From an uncultured Candidatus Saccharibacteria bacterium (GTDB lineage Bacteria; Patescibacteriota; Minisyncoccia; Phycocordibacterales; UBA918), in NCBI GenBank assembly GCA_964626635.1, contig CAZVFY010000002.1, positions 5,300 through 69,299 on the forward strand: a stretch of DNA of 64,000 nt, given 5' to 3'. Of this stretch, positions 52,428-63,100 are shown piece after piece (within the stretch, counting starts at the first letter, position 1; the number at the start of each line of letters is the position of its first letter). The notes under the pieces are model-generated. The model was not told where the DNA came from, made no database searches, and saw only the letters and a list, made by a program, of their open reading frames with translations. The translations under genes were made by a program, and so were the position numbers.

Positions 52428-53102
52428 ATGTTGCACTTCCACCTCATCACCATTTTTCCTGATGTCTGCCGGGCGTACACCGACGCCAGTGTATTAGGGC
52501 GCGCCCAGAAAACCGATAAAGGCAAAGGTGCCAAAGTGCGCGGGCGGAAAATTACTGTGAGTTACTATAACCCCCGCGAGTATACGAATGGCAAACATAA
52601 AAAAGTCGACGACAAGCCCTACGGTGGCGGACCAGGTATGGTGATGAAAGCCGAGCCGATCATAAAGGCGTGGCAAGCGGCGGTGGGGCGCAAGCGAACA
52701 GCACAAATAAAAACGCTGATTACCTCACCGCGCGGGCGGGTGTTTGATCAGGCGATGGCCAAAGAACTGGCCGAGCAGTACGAGCACATCGTACTCATCG
52801 CTGGGCGTTACGAGGGGATCGATAGTCGTGTCGCGGCAGCATTGGATGCCGAGTACGTGTCGGTCGGGGACTACGTGCTGACCGGTGGGGAATTGCCGGC
52901 ACTAGCGATCGTTGATGCAACCGCCAGGCACGTGCAGGGTGTGTTAGGGGAGAGCGAGTCGCTTGAAGAGTCGCGTGCGACCACCGGCGAAGCGTACACC
53001 CGTCCGGAAGTCATTGAATGGAAGAAGAAAAAAATTGCTGTACCAAAGGTATTTGTGGCAGGGAATCATAAGGAGATTGAGAAGCGTCGGGCTAAACAAT
53101 AG
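52428..53102 (+). CDS. trmD: tRNA (guanine-N1)-methyltransferase
   Basis: VDDKPYGGGPGMVM, GRYEGIDSR, GDYVLTGGE, YTRPE. Confidence 0.95.
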   Translation: MLHFHLITIFPDVCRAYTDASVLGRAQKTDKGKGAKVRGRKITVSYYNPREYTNGKHKKVDDKPYGGGPGMVMKAEPIIKAWQAAVGRKRTAQIKTLITSPRGRVFDQAMAKELAEQYEHIVLIAGRYEGIDSRVAAALDAEYVSVGDYVLTGGELPALAIVDATARHVQGVLGESESLEESRATTGEAYTRPEVIEWKKKKIAVPKVFVAGNHKEIEKRRAKQ

Positions 53103-53142
53103 CAAAGGGCGCGCCGCGAGTTTGCGGCGCGCCCAGACTAAT

Positions 53143-53565
53143 TCAATCTCGGTATCTACCACCTAGCAGATCTCCGATAAATATCATGAAGGCGAGTCCT
53201 AGCCAAGCGAGTCCGTCGAAGGTTAGGTAGTAGTTGTGACCAGTGACTACGGTTGGGCCTTGCCAGAAGTCCCACTGGTGTACAACATTGAACTCTAACC
53301 ATAGTAGCATTGCTGAGGCTGTGTAAGTAAACGCAAAGAAGCATAATGTCCAAAAGATACGCCACGGCCACTGCTGTTGTGTAAGTAGCACATGTAGTGG
53401 TAGCAATGCTAACGAGTGCCTTGCTACTAAAAACCAAAACTGCTGAGCGTTGTAGCTCCCCAAGTATGCTTCTACAATAAAGTGTATTGCAGTTGGCACA
53501 AGCAGAAGAGCGCCCCAAAAAATGAATGCTGGGCGCGGATCGTACTTAGAAGAGCGAGTATTCAT
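53143..53565 (-). CDS. Hypothetical polytopic membrane protein
   Basis: SD AGGAGG, about 4 hydrophobic segments; hairpin at 53107-53134 downstream. Confidence 0.65.
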   Translation of the reverse strand: MNTRSSKYDPRPAFIFWGALLLVPTAIHFIVEAYLGSYNAQQFWFLVARHSLALLPLHVLLTQQQWPWRIFWTLCFFAFTYTASAMLLWLEFNVVHQWDFWQGPTVVTGHNYYLTFDGLAWLGLAFMIFIGDLLGGRYRD

Positions 53566-53631
53566 GACCACCTCCTAGTTAAGGGTCAATATAACCCTAC
53601 TAATTTCTTCATGACTGTCAACACCCTTCAC

Positions 53632-53659
53632 TTGCATTCAATCCCATACCTGCTATAAT
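53632..53659 (+). promoter_or_regulatory. Sigma70-type promoter of rpoBC
   Basis: TTGCAT..TGcTATAAT at canonical-like spacing, followed by a ~210-nt leader. Confidence 0.6.
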
Positions 53660-53875
53660 ACCCCTCACACGCTTAACGCGATCTCTCACGAGTGGGTTCT
53701 GATCTGGGGTCAACGGTTTGCGGAGGTAAAATACTGTATTTAGTCTTGTGCTGAGGCTAAATACACCAATCACACCTGTGATGTTTTTTATAATCCGGTA
53801 ACAACCGCATAACAGAGCGCGCGCAGTCCATCTGCGTGCATTTGTGTGTGTCAGTTGTGCCTAACTGTCATTCAT

Positions 53876-56800
53876 ATGTCGCAACACACTACTCCACAGG
53901 AGGTATCAGTCGGACACATGCCGCAAAAACGCTTTGAGAAAGCGCCCGCGCCTCGTATCCCACTGCCAGACCTGATCGAGCCACAACGCGAATCTTACAC
54001 ATGGTTCGTTGAAACGGCCCTGAAGGAAATCTTTACCGAGTTTTCTCCAATTGCGGACTACTCGGATAAAAAGTTCGAAATGCAATTCAAAAAGTATGAG
54101 CTCGGCGAGCCAAAGTACACGCCCGAGTTTGCCAAAGGCAACAAGCGCACGTACGAAGCGCCCCTGCGAGCCACAGTCGTCCTTAAAAACAAGACTTTTG
54201 ACTCTGAAAAAGAGCAAGAAATCTTTATGGCCGATGTGCCAGTAATGACAGCCAATGGAACGTTCATCATCAATGGGGTCGAGCGAGTGATCGTACCACA
54301 GTTGGCGCGTAGTTACGGTATTTTCTTTACTGCGGCCGAGAGCAAGGGTCGCACGTATTTTGGCGCCAAGATAATCCCCGCCCGTGGTGCCTGGGTTGAG
54401 ATCGAGTCAGAAGCAGACGGCCTGCTGTACGTTAAAATTGACCGCAAGAAAAAGTTCCCAGCCACTTCGCTATTGCGAGTCTTGGGTGTCGAGAAAGACG
54501 AAGACATGATCAAGCTGTTTGCTGATGTCGAGCGCGGCGAAGAGTACATCAAGGCAACGTTAGCAAAGGACCCAGCCAAAACTACTGACGACGCCCACGT
54601 GGAAATTTATAAACGCTTGCGTGACGGTGACCTGGCGACAGTCGATAACGCGCGCGAGTTCGTTAAAAGCATTTTTGCGCCAGAACGCTATGACCTCTCA
54701 GAAATTGGACGTCACCACTTTAATGGACGCTACGGACGCCCAACTGATAAAAAAGCGACCGACGTACGCACTGTGTCGATCGAAGATTTGAAGCTTATCC
54801 TGTCTGAGATCATCAAGAGTAACCACGACCCGATGGCGCAGCCAGACGACATCGACCACCTCGGATTCCGTCGTGTGCGGTACTTTGGTGAGATGTTGCA
54901 GCAGCGTGTACGCGTCGGTATGACTCGCATGAAGCGCAACATTCAAGACCGAATGTCGACGATCGAAGCCGAAACCAGCCTACCAATCCAGATCATCAAC
55001 CCCCGCCCACTCCAGGCGGCTATCAAAGAATTTTTCACCACCAACCAGCTGTCGCAGTTCTCGCAGCAGCAGAACATCTTGATGGAAACCGAACACCTGC
55101 GCACGCTCTCAGCCCTTGGTCCCGGTGGACTGACCCGCGAACGGGCTGGGTTCGAGGTGCGCGACGTGCACCCGTCGCACTATGGACGATTGTGTCCAAT
55201 CCAGACGCCGGAAGGGCCGAACATTGGACTAATCTTGCGTCTGACGATGTACGCTCGGGTCAACCGGTTCGGTATTATCGAGACACCTTACATGAAGGTA
55301 GAAAAAGGTAAGTTGACCGACGAAATCATCTACATGAACGCCCACGAAGAAGAGGGTCATACAATTGCGCACGCCGCTGTCGAAATCGATGATAAGGGCA
55401 AGATCAAGCCAGATTTTGTGATGGCTCGCGCCAAGGGTGAACCACGTCTGGTTGACCGCAACGAGGTAAACTACATGGACATCGCGACCAACCAACCATT
55501 CTCGGTTGCGACATCGATGATCCCATTCCTTAACCACGACGACGCCAACCGTACCTTGATGGGTTCAAACATGCAGAAGCAGTCGACCCCGTGTATTGTG
55601 CAAGAAGCACCGATCGTCGCCACTGGCGTCGAGGGAGTCGCTGCGCGAGATATCGGTCGTGTGCTGTACGCGCATGAGGCCGGCGAGGTAGTCGACGCTG
55701 ACGCACAGCAGATCATCATTAAAGAAAAGAATGGCAAGACCCGCGAATACCCTCTGACACAGCTGCAACGTACCAACGACTTCTCGGCGTTTGCGCACCG
55801 CCCCGCGGTGTCAGTCGGGCAGACCGTCAAGCGCGGTGACCTACTGGCCGACACGACCAGTACTGACAACGGACAGATTGCGGTCGGACAGAACGCGCTC
55901 GTAGCGTTTATGTCATGGTACGGTGCCAACTACGAAGACGCAATTATTATTTCAGAGCGCCTTGTCAAAAAGTCTAAGTTCTCGACCGTACACATCGAAG
56001 AGTTCGAATGTGCCGTTCGTGACACCAAATTAGGTCCAGAAGTCACCACGCCAGACATCCCGAACGTATCAGAAGCCAAGTTACGCAACCTCGACGAAAC
56101 CGGTGTGATCCGTATCGGCGCCGAAGTTCGATCAGGTGACATCATGGTTGGTAAGGTAACGCCCAAGGGTGAAACTCAATTGACTCCAGAAGAACGACTA
56201 TTGCGCAGCATCTTTGGTGAAAAGGCCAAGGATGTTAAAGATTCATCACTGCGTCTCGAGATCGGCAAGAAAGGTCGTGTCATCGGCGTCAAGATTTTCT
56301 CTCGTGAGAATGGCGACAACCTTGAATCAGGCGTGATCAAGCGTATCCACATTACCGTCGCGCAAGTGCGTAACGTTTCTGTCGGTGACAAGCTCGCTGG
56401 TCGTCACGGAAACAAGGGGGTAATCTCTCGTATCCTGCCAGAAGAAGACATGCCCTACACTGCCGACGGAACGCCGGTGGACGTGCTACTGACGCCGCTT
56501 GGTGTCCCGTCACGTATGAACCTGGGGCAGATCCTCGAGCTACACCTTGGAATGGCCGCGCATACACTGGGGTACCAGGCGATCGTGCCACCCTTTGCTG
56601 GTGCCGACGAGAATGACGTTAAAAATGAACTACAAGCAGCCGGTCTCCCCACCGACGGGAAAGTCCAGTTACGCGACGGTCTCACGGGCCAAGAATTCGC
56701 CGAAAGAACCGCGATTGGGTACATGTACATCCTCAAGCTGCACCACATGGTGGAAGACAAGATTCACATGCGATCAATCGGGCCGTACTCTCTCATCACC

Positions 56801-57139
56801 CAGCAGCCGCTTGGCGGTAAAGCGCAGATCGGTGGACAGCGCTTTGGGGAAATGGAAGTCTGGGCGCTCCTCGGGTATGGAGCTGCCTACACCCTACGTG
56901 AAATGCTCACCATCAAATCCGACGATATCGTTGGACGATCAGCGGCCTTTGACGCGATCGTGCGCGGCGAACAGATCTCGCACCCGCACACACCAGCCGC
57001 GTTCAATGTCCTCCTCAACCAGTTGCGTGGACTGGCGCTCGATGTTGATCTTGAGAAAGAAGATCGTCCTCGCCTCACGCGTCGTCGAGACGAACAATCG
57101 ACCGAAGCTTATCAGCCCACTAAACAGTCAGCTAACTAA
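53876..57139 (+). CDS. rpoB: RNA polymerase beta subunit
   Basis: GTFIINGVERV, QTPEGPNIGL, MGSNMQKQ, GDKLAGRHGNKG, GQRFGEME. Confidence 0.98.
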   Translation: MSQHTTPQEVSVGHMPQKRFEKAPAPRIPLPDLIEPQRESYTWFVETALKEIFTEFSPIADYSDKKFEMQFKKYELGEPKYTPEFAKGNKRTYEAPLRATVVLKNKTFDSEKEQEIFMADVPVMTANGTFIINGVERVIVPQLARSYGIFFTAAESKGRTYFGAKIIPARGAWVEIESEADGLLYVKIDRKKKFPATSLLRVLGVEKDEDMIKLFADVERGEEYIKATLAKDPAKTTDDAHVEIYKRLRDGDLATVDNAREFVKSIFAPERYDLSEIGRHHFNGRYGRPTDKKATDVRTVSIEDLKLILSEIIKSNHDPMAQPDDIDHLGFRRVRYFGEMLQQRVRVGMTRMKRNIQDRMSTIEAETSLPIQIINPRPLQAAIKEFFTTNQLSQFSQQQNILMETEHLRTLSALGPGGLTRERAGFEVRDVHPSHYGRLCPIQTPEGPNIGLILRLTMYARVNRFGIIETPYMKVEKGKLTDEIIYMNAHEEEGHTIAHAAVEIDDKGKIKPDFVMARAKGEPRLVDRNEVNYMDIATNQPFSVATSMIPFLNHDDANRTLMGSNMQKQSTPCIVQEAPIVATGVEGVAARDIGRVLYAHEAGEVVDADAQQIIIKEKNGKTREYPLTQLQRTNDFSAFAHRPAVSVGQTVKRGDLLADTTSTDNGQIAVGQNALVAFMSWYGANYEDAIIISERLVKKSKFSTVHIEEFECAVRDTKLGPEVTTPDIPNVSEAKLRNLDETGVIRIGAEVRSGDIMVGKVTPKGETQLTPEERLLRSIFGEKAKDVKDSSLRLEIGKKGRVIGVKIFSRENGDNLESGVIKRIHITVAQVRNVSVGDKLAGRHGNKGVISRILPEEDMPYTADGTPVDVLLTPLGVPSRMNLGQILELHLGMAAHTLGYQAIVPPFAGADENDVKNELQAAGLPTDGKVQLRDGLTGQEFAERTAIGYMYILKLHHMVEDKIHMRSIGPYSLITQQPLGGKAQIGGQRFGEMEVWALLGYGAAYTLREMLTIKSDDIVGRSAAFDAIVRGEQISHPHTPAAFNVLLNQLRGLALDVDLEKEDRPRLTRRRDEQSTEAYQPTKQSAN

Positions 57140-57145
57140 TTTAGT

Positions 57146-60100
57146 ATGAGTGAAGCAACAACAACCAACACGGCTCCGGAAAAGAAAGAGTTCCGCAAGC
57201 CGCCAATGCAGCCGACCAACTACACTGGTGTCAGTCTCAAGCTGGCTGATCCGGCGCAGATCCTGGACTGGTCATGGGGTGAGATCACCAAACCAGAAAC
57301 CATCAACTACCGAACCCAGCGTCCTGAAAAGCACGGGTTATTCGACGAACGGATCTTTGGTCCGGTCGAAGACTACGAATGTAGCTGTAAAAAATATCGC
57401 GGTATTCGCTACAAAGGCATCATCTGTGAAAAGTGTGGCGTCGAGATCACTCGTTCGATTGTCCGGCGTGACCGCATGGGCCACATTGACCTATGTGTAC
57501 CGGTATCACACATCTGGTTCCTGCGCGGTGTCCCGTCTCGCATTGCGATGATCCTGGGGATCACTGCCAGTTCAGTCGAGAAGGTCATCTACTTTGCCGG
57601 GTACATCGTCACAAACGTATCTGAATCTGACCGCGCCCGCATTCTGGGCGAGTTAGATACAGAATTCAAGACCAAGCTGAAGTCTCTCCAGAACGAAGAT
57701 GCTCGCGAAGCGTTGCAGACCCGGGCAGACGAAACCAAAAAAGAAATTAACGCAATCCAGCAGGGTGTCGTCCTCGACGAGACCACTTTCCACAAGTACT
57801 CGATCAAATACTCGACCTTATTCGAGGCGCGCATTGGGGCCGAAGCAATCTATGACTTGTTCAAGCAAATTGATCTGCCTGAACTTGTCCAAAAACTAGA
57901 AGAGCAATACACTAAGGCCGGCGCGATGGAACGAGCCAAGCTCGACAAGCGTTTGACGCTGATTCGCGGCATGGTCACGAGCGGCGTACGTCCTGAGTGG
58001 ATGTTCCTTACCCGAATTCCAGTGGTACCACCAGCAATTCGACCGATGGTCGCGCTCGAGGGTGGGCGACATGCCTCATCAGACCTTAATGACCTGTACC
58101 GTCGCGTCATCAACCGTAACAATCGCCTCAAGAAACTGATCGACATCATGGCCCCTGACGTGATCTTGCGTAACGAAAAGCGCATCATGCAAGAGGCGGT
58201 CGACGCCCTGATCGACAACTCGATCCGACACGGTGGTGGTGCCTCTGCCATGAACACGGCGCAGCGCCGACCGTTAAAGAGTCTATCGGACTATTTAAAG
58301 AGCAAGCAAGGCTACTTCCGTCAGAATCTCCTTGGTAAGCGAGTCGACTACTCGGGACGATCAGTGATCGTCATTGGACCAGAACTTGCACTGGATGAGT
58401 GTGGTCTGCCCAAGCATATGGCGCTGGAGTTGTTCCGACCGTTTGTGATCGCCAAATTGCTTGAGCGAGAACTAGCGTACAACATCCGCGGCGCTGGGCG
58501 TCTCATTGAAGACGGCGTCCCAGAAGTGTGGGCCATTCTCGAAGAGGTAATCGGCAACCGCCACGTGCTACTCAACCGCGCGCCAACCCTTCACCGCCAA
58601 GGTATTCAGGCATTTCGACCAGTCTTGATTGAAGGTAACGCGATCCAAGTGCATCCGCTGGTATGTAAAGCCTTCAACGCTGACTTTGACGGTGACCAGA
58701 TGGCGGTACATGTGCCATTGTCAGAAGAAGCGCAGACTGAAGCTCGTGAAATCATCTCGGCAAACAACAACATCCTCAAACCTGGTTCAGGTGAACCAGT
58801 CGTATCAGAGGGGTTCATGGATATTGCACTTGGAGCGTTTTGGATGACGCACGCAATCGAAGGCGGGCACGGTGCTGGCAAGTACTTCTCATCACCAAAC
58901 GACGCTATTAACGCGTACGATTACGGTCTGATCGACTTCCGCGCCAAAATCAAGGTCCTGTCGACAGACACGCCAAAATACGCGCAATACGAAGGAGCGG
59001 TGTTCGAAACAACTGTTGGGCGACTGCTATTTAATTCTGTGTTACCGAGCGATCACGCGTTTGTGAACGCGCAGCTCGGACAGCGCGAACTGTTCGCTAT
59101 CATCATTGACCTAATTGACGAACAAGGAACTGCAATCGTGCCGAAAATGGTCGACAAGATTAAGCGTAACGGCTTCCGCTACGCGACGAAATCAGGTACA
59201 ACGTGGGGAATTGACGAAGTAGTCGTGCCAGAGGAAAAGGCGGCGATCGTCGCAGCCGCTCGTGCCGAAGAGCAAGAAATTCTCGAACACTACAACGAGG
59301 GTCTTCTAACGCGCGAAGAACGTCGTCGTTTGATCACCGCCATCTGGCACAAGACCAAAGACGCCATTGAAAAGAAAATTGAAGAGAATATGGATCCTGA
59401 AGGTTCGGCCTACACCATGTGGAAGTCTGGTGCTCGTGGTTCAATCCGCCAGATCTCACAGATGACCGGGATGAAAGGGTTGATAGTCAACACCCGCGGT
59501 GAAACGATCGAAGCACCAGTTATCTCATCATTCAAGGAAGGACTTTCACCAATCGAGTACTTCAACACCACGCACGGATCGCGTAAGGGGCTCGCCGACA
59601 CCGCCCTCCAGACGGCAAAGGCCGGATACCTCACCCGCCGACTCTTTGTTGTAGCGCAAGACGCGATCGTTACCGAGGCAGATTGTGGTACCAAAGATGG
59701 TATTACTATCAACCGCATCAGTGCATCAGGCATCGAAATCGCCTTTAGTAAAGCCATCAAAGGACGCATCCTCGCGGCTGACGCAGTCGACGCAAAGGGT
59801 AACGTGATCTTTAAGAAAGGACACCTCCTCAGTCGCGTCGACGCGATTGCGGTCGAGGGTACGACCTGTGAATCAGTCGTTGTCCGCTCGCCGATGACGT
59901 GTCGCACCATGCGCGGCGTCTGTCAGCAGTGTTATGGTGTTGATCTAACGAAAAATGCGCTGATTGATATTGGTGAAGCAGTCGGTACCATCGCGGCACA
60001 GGCCATCGGTGAACCAGGTACGCAGCTGACCATGAATACTAAGCATAAGGCTGGTACGGCGACCGCCGAAGGTGACGTTGCGCAGGGTCTGCCGCGGGTG

Positions 60101-60838
60101 GAGGAAGTGTTCGAGAAGCGACAACCGAAGATCCCAGCCGTGATTACTAAATACGATGGGGTCGTGACCGACATCCGCACCGAAGGGTCAGAAAAGATCC
60201 TGGTGGTCGCACCAGACATGGGCGCCGAAGGTGCACCAAAGAAAAAGGATACGACCGAATATTCTGTGCACCCACGACGTGTGATGACGGTCAGCAAGGG
60301 CGACACGGTAAAGCGTGGTCAGCTATTGACGGACGGTTCGGCGTTGTTGCCAGAGTTATTCAAGTACGCGGGCAAGTCTGTAACGCAGGATTACATTATT
60401 TCTGAAGTGAACAAAATCTATGAACTACAGGGTGTGACGATCGCGCGCAAGCACATCGAACTGATCGTCAAACAAATGACCTCACGCTTCCGCATTACTG
60501 AACGCGGTGACTCACGGTTCACGACTGGCGAAGTGGTCGAGGAGTGGATCATGGAAGAGGAAAATAATAAGCTGAAAGAGTTGGGCAAGCCGATCGCCAA
60601 GGGTGAGCGATTGATCCTCGGTATTACCGAGACATCGCTGTCGCGCAAATCATTTCTCTCGGCAGCATCATTCCAGAACACGACGCGCGTACTGATCAAT
60701 GCCGCGGTCAAGGGCAGTCATGACGACCTATCTGGACTAATGGAAAACGTTATCATCGGCAAGCTTATCCCGGCCGGAACTGGCTTTAAGGGGTCAGAAA
60801 AGCACGATATGATTGAGCGATTGCAAGCTGAGCAGTAA
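57146..60838 (+). CDS. rpoC: RNA polymerase beta' subunit
   Basis: Zn finger, LLGKRVDYSGR, NADFDGDQMAVH, IGEPGTQLT. Confidence 0.98.
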   Translation: MSEATTTNTAPEKKEFRKPPMQPTNYTGVSLKLADPAQILDWSWGEITKPETINYRTQRPEKHGLFDERIFGPVEDYECSCKKYRGIRYKGIICEKCGVEITRSIVRRDRMGHIDLCVPVSHIWFLRGVPSRIAMILGITASSVEKVIYFAGYIVTNVSESDRARILGELDTEFKTKLKSLQNEDAREALQTRADETKKEINAIQQGVVLDETTFHKYSIKYSTLFEARIGAEAIYDLFKQIDLPELVQKLEEQYTKAGAMERAKLDKRLTLIRGMVTSGVRPEWMFLTRIPVVPPAIRPMVALEGGRHASSDLNDLYRRVINRNNRLKKLIDIMAPDVILRNEKRIMQEAVDALIDNSIRHGGGASAMNTAQRRPLKSLSDYLKSKQGYFRQNLLGKRVDYSGRSVIVIGPELALDECGLPKHMALELFRPFVIAKLLERELAYNIRGAGRLIEDGVPEVWAILEEVIGNRHVLLNRAPTLHRQGIQAFRPVLIEGNAIQVHPLVCKAFNADFDGDQMAVHVPLSEEAQTEAREIISANNNILKPGSGEPVVSEGFMDIALGAFWMTHAIEGGHGAGKYFSSPNDAINAYDYGLIDFRAKIKVLSTDTPKYAQYEGAVFETTVGRLLFNSVLPSDHAFVNAQLGQRELFAIIIDLIDEQGTAIVPKMVDKIKRNGFRYATKSGTTWGIDEVVVPEEKAAIVAAARAEEQEILEHYNEGLLTREERRRLITAIWHKTKDAIEKKIEENMDPEGSAYTMWKSGARGSIRQISQMTGMKGLIVNTRGETIEAPVISSFKEGLSPIEYFNTTHGSRKGLADTALQTAKAGYLTRRLFVVAQDAIVTEADCGTKDGITINRISASGIEIAFSKAIKGRILAADAVDAKGNVIFKKGHLLSRVDAIAVEGTTCESVVVRSPMTCRTMRGVCQQCYGVDLTKNALIDIGEAVGTIAAQAIGEPGTQLTMNTKHKAGTATAEGDVAQGLPRVEEVFEKRQPKIPAVITKYDGVVTDIRTEGSEKILVVAPDMGAEGAPKKKDTTEYSVHPRRVMTVSKGDTVKRGQLLTDGSALLPELFKYAGKSVTQDYIISEVNKIYELQGVTIARKHIELIVKQMTSRFRITERGDSRFTTGEVVEEWIMEEENNKLKELGKPIAKGERLILGITETSLSRKSFLSAASFQNTTRVLINAAVKGSHDDLSGLMENVIIGKLIPAGTGFKGSEKHDMIERLQAEQ

Positions 60839-60858
60839 TCACGTACAGGATAAAAAGT

Positions 60859-60895
60859 ACAAAACCAGCGCCGTCGTAGACGGCGCTGGTTTTGT
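60859..60895. terminator. Terminator after rpoC
   Basis: acaaaaccagcgccgtc-gta-gacggcgctggttttgt. Confidence 0.8.
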
Positions 60896-60997
60896 TACGT
60901 AAACAAAATAGTAGCGGGAAACGAAGCATCTGCCGCCGGCTACTGTAGGCGAAGCCGCTGAGATTGCTGCTACTACTTTGTGCTCAAGTACAATGAG

Positions 60998-61023
60998 AAA
61001 GCCCCGGCGGATTCCGGGGCTTT
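60998..61023 (-). terminator. Terminator of small minus-strand ORF
   Basis: aaagccccgg-cggatt-ccggggcttt. Confidence 0.65.
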
Positions 61024-61029
61024 GGACGT

Positions 61030-61182
61030 TCAGCGGCAGATTCCGGTGAATGCATCGATTGCCGAAAAGAACATTGATCCGGCTGCCATTGCCAGAACTG
61101 ATCCCAGCGCAACCAGAATTGCAATTGCAAACATTACAATGCAAGCGGTTGCAAAGAAACTTATTGCCATATCTAAGTCCAT
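61030..61182 (-). CDS. 50-aa hydrophobic peptide (not in ORF track)
   Basis: MDLDMAISFFATACIVMFAIAILVALGSVLAMAAGSMFFSAIDAFTGICR; SD AAAGGAGG upstream, terminator just after the stop. Confidence 0.65.
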   Translation of the reverse strand: MDLDMAISFFATACIVMFAIAILVALGSVLAMAAGSMFFSAIDAFTGICR

Positions 61183-61277
61183 CCCAACCTCCTTTAACTA
61201 GACTATTGTAAAATAGTATAAATGTGTATTATGTCAACACTTCGCCACGCCCTCAACTTTCCCGTATACTGTGGGCA

Positions 61278-63056
61278 ATGAGCGATGCAGTCCAACAAAT
61301 TAAAGACCAATTGTCGATCATCGACGTCATCGCGCCATACGTTGAACTAAAAAAAGCCGGCAAAAACTACAAAGGCAAATCACCCTTTTCGTCCGAACGC
61401 ACCCCGTCATTTTATGTCTCGCCCGAGCGGGGGATGTACTACTGTTTTTCAACTAACCAGGGCGGGGATATGTTCAATTTTGTGCAGGCCATGGAAGGCG
61501 TGGATTTTAAGGGGGCGCTGACGCAACTGGCCGAAAAGGCGGGTGTCGAACTGGTCCGCGAAGACCCCAAGACCCGCAATGAGCGCGAGCAAATCTACGC
61601 CGCCCTCGCGGATGCAGCGGCGTACTACGCGACACAATTACAAGCGACCTGTGACGCGACTGGATACCTCGAGCGGCGTGGCGTCCACGCGCGGACCATC
61701 GAAGCGTGGCAGATCGGCTATGCGCCTGGTCCGCCAGCGCGAGGCTGGCGCGAGCTACGCAGCGTCCTCAATAAATCTGGGTATGCCGACACGGACTTGG
61801 TGCGCGCCGGTTTGATCAAGTACCCGCAGACAGAGGGCGCGCAGAAAAAAGAACCGTTCGATGTCTTTCGCGATCGAATTGTCTTTCCGATGAGTGACCC
61901 CAGTGGGCGAGTCGTGGCGTTTTCAGGGCGGATCCTCAGTGCAGATTCGGATGCTCCTAAATATGTGAACTCTCCCGAAACATCCTTGTATAAAAAGTCC
62001 GAGCTACTGTTTGGCTATGACAAAGCCAAAAATCACATCCGCACCCTCGGATTTACGTTGGTGGTGGAGGGGCAGTTCGATGTCGTTATGTGTCATCAGG
62101 CCGGGTACACCAACACCGTCGCCGTGTCCGGCACCGCCATGACCTCGCACCACGTGACGCTCCTCGAGCGACTCAGTAACCGGGCTGTGCTCGCGCTTGA
62201 TCGGGATCGCGCGGGGATCGCCGCCATGCGTAAGGCGGCCGAGCTGATGCTGGCGCGCGGTATGGATGTCAAGGTTGCGCGGTTTCCGGATGGGCAAGAC
62301 CCAGCAGATGTCATCGCTGCTGATCTGTCGTTGTTTAAGAAGACTATCAAAAACGCCGTCACGGTCATCGAATTTTTCCTCGCAGAAACACTTGCTTCCC
62401 ACGCTGATCCACGAGCGCGCAAGCGTGCCGTCCGCGCGGAACTGCTGCCGCTCGTGGCGCTCATTCCTGATCACATCGAACAAGAGCATTTCGTCGGCGT
62501 GATTGCCGAGGGGATCGATGCCAGTCGCGACGCCATCAGGCATGAACTAGAGCGAGTCCGCGTACCTGACACCGCTGACTCGGCGCATATCTCGCGCTCA
62601 CTCGTACCCCAGTCCGAGTCAGCAGTAGTAAGCCCAGACGCACCAGCCAGTGACGCGCCACGTCGTACCAAGGCAGATCTGCGCGCGCGCCTGTATCTCG
62701 AGGCGATCGTCGAGCTGAACCCGCAAGGGGTGGGGGAGAGGCTACGGTTACAATTAGCGGACTTGACCCAAAAAAATATCGAATCGACCGAGAGCGAACG
62801 AGCCCAAGTGTTGTTCGAGCTAGAAACACAGCTCGATTCATTCAAGCGTAGCGAGGTGCTCGAAACGGTTGTAAGTCGACTGAATTATGTGCGTAGTAAC
62901 GAGTTGAAGACCCAGTTAGCCACTCTGCGTCGCGAGTTAACCGCAGTTGAATCTGGTCAGGTGACTGGCCGAACTGCAGCGGATATTTTAAAGGATATGC
63001 AAGCCGTTGCCGGGGCGCTGCGCGCCCCGGCCTACACCGCAGCCGATTTCGCATAA
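61278..63056 (+). CDS. dnaG: DNA primase
   Basis: [41 protein letters not shown]. Confidence 0.95.
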   Translation: MSDAVQQIKDQLSIIDVIAPYVELKKAGKNYKGKSPFSSERTPSFYVSPERGMYYCFSTNQGGDMFNFVQAMEGVDFKGALTQLAEKAGVELVREDPKTRNEREQIYAALADAAAYYATQLQATCDATGYLERRGVHARTIEAWQIGYAPGPPARGWRELRSVLNKSGYADTDLVRAGLIKYPQTEGAQKKEPFDVFRDRIVFPMSDPSGRVVAFSGRILSADSDAPKYVNSPETSLYKKSELLFGYDKAKNHIRTLGFTLVVEGQFDVVMCHQAGYTNTVAVSGTAMTSHHVTLLERLSNRAVLALDRDRAGIAAMRKAAELMLARGMDVKVARFPDGQDPADVIAADLSLFKKTIKNAVTVIEFFLAETLASHADPRARKRAVRAELLPLVALIPDHIEQEHFVGVIAEGIDASRDAIRHELERVRVPDTADSAHISRSLVPQSESAVVSPDAPASDAPRRTKADLRARLYLEAIVELNPQGVGERLRLQLADLTQKNIESTESERAQVLFELETQLDSFKRSEVLETVVSRLNYVRSNELKTQLATLRRELTAVESGQVTGRTAADILKDMQAVAGALRAPAYTAADFA

Positions 63057-63100
63057 GCAGGGTGGACAAACTGGTAATTTTCTGTAATAGTACCAGCCAC

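Noticed and set aside
60980-61201. Plus-strand 73-aa ORF and minus-strand 101-aa ORF (60839-61144)
   Set aside because: Both run through terminator hairpins; the 50-aa minus ORF with SD and terminator explains the region better
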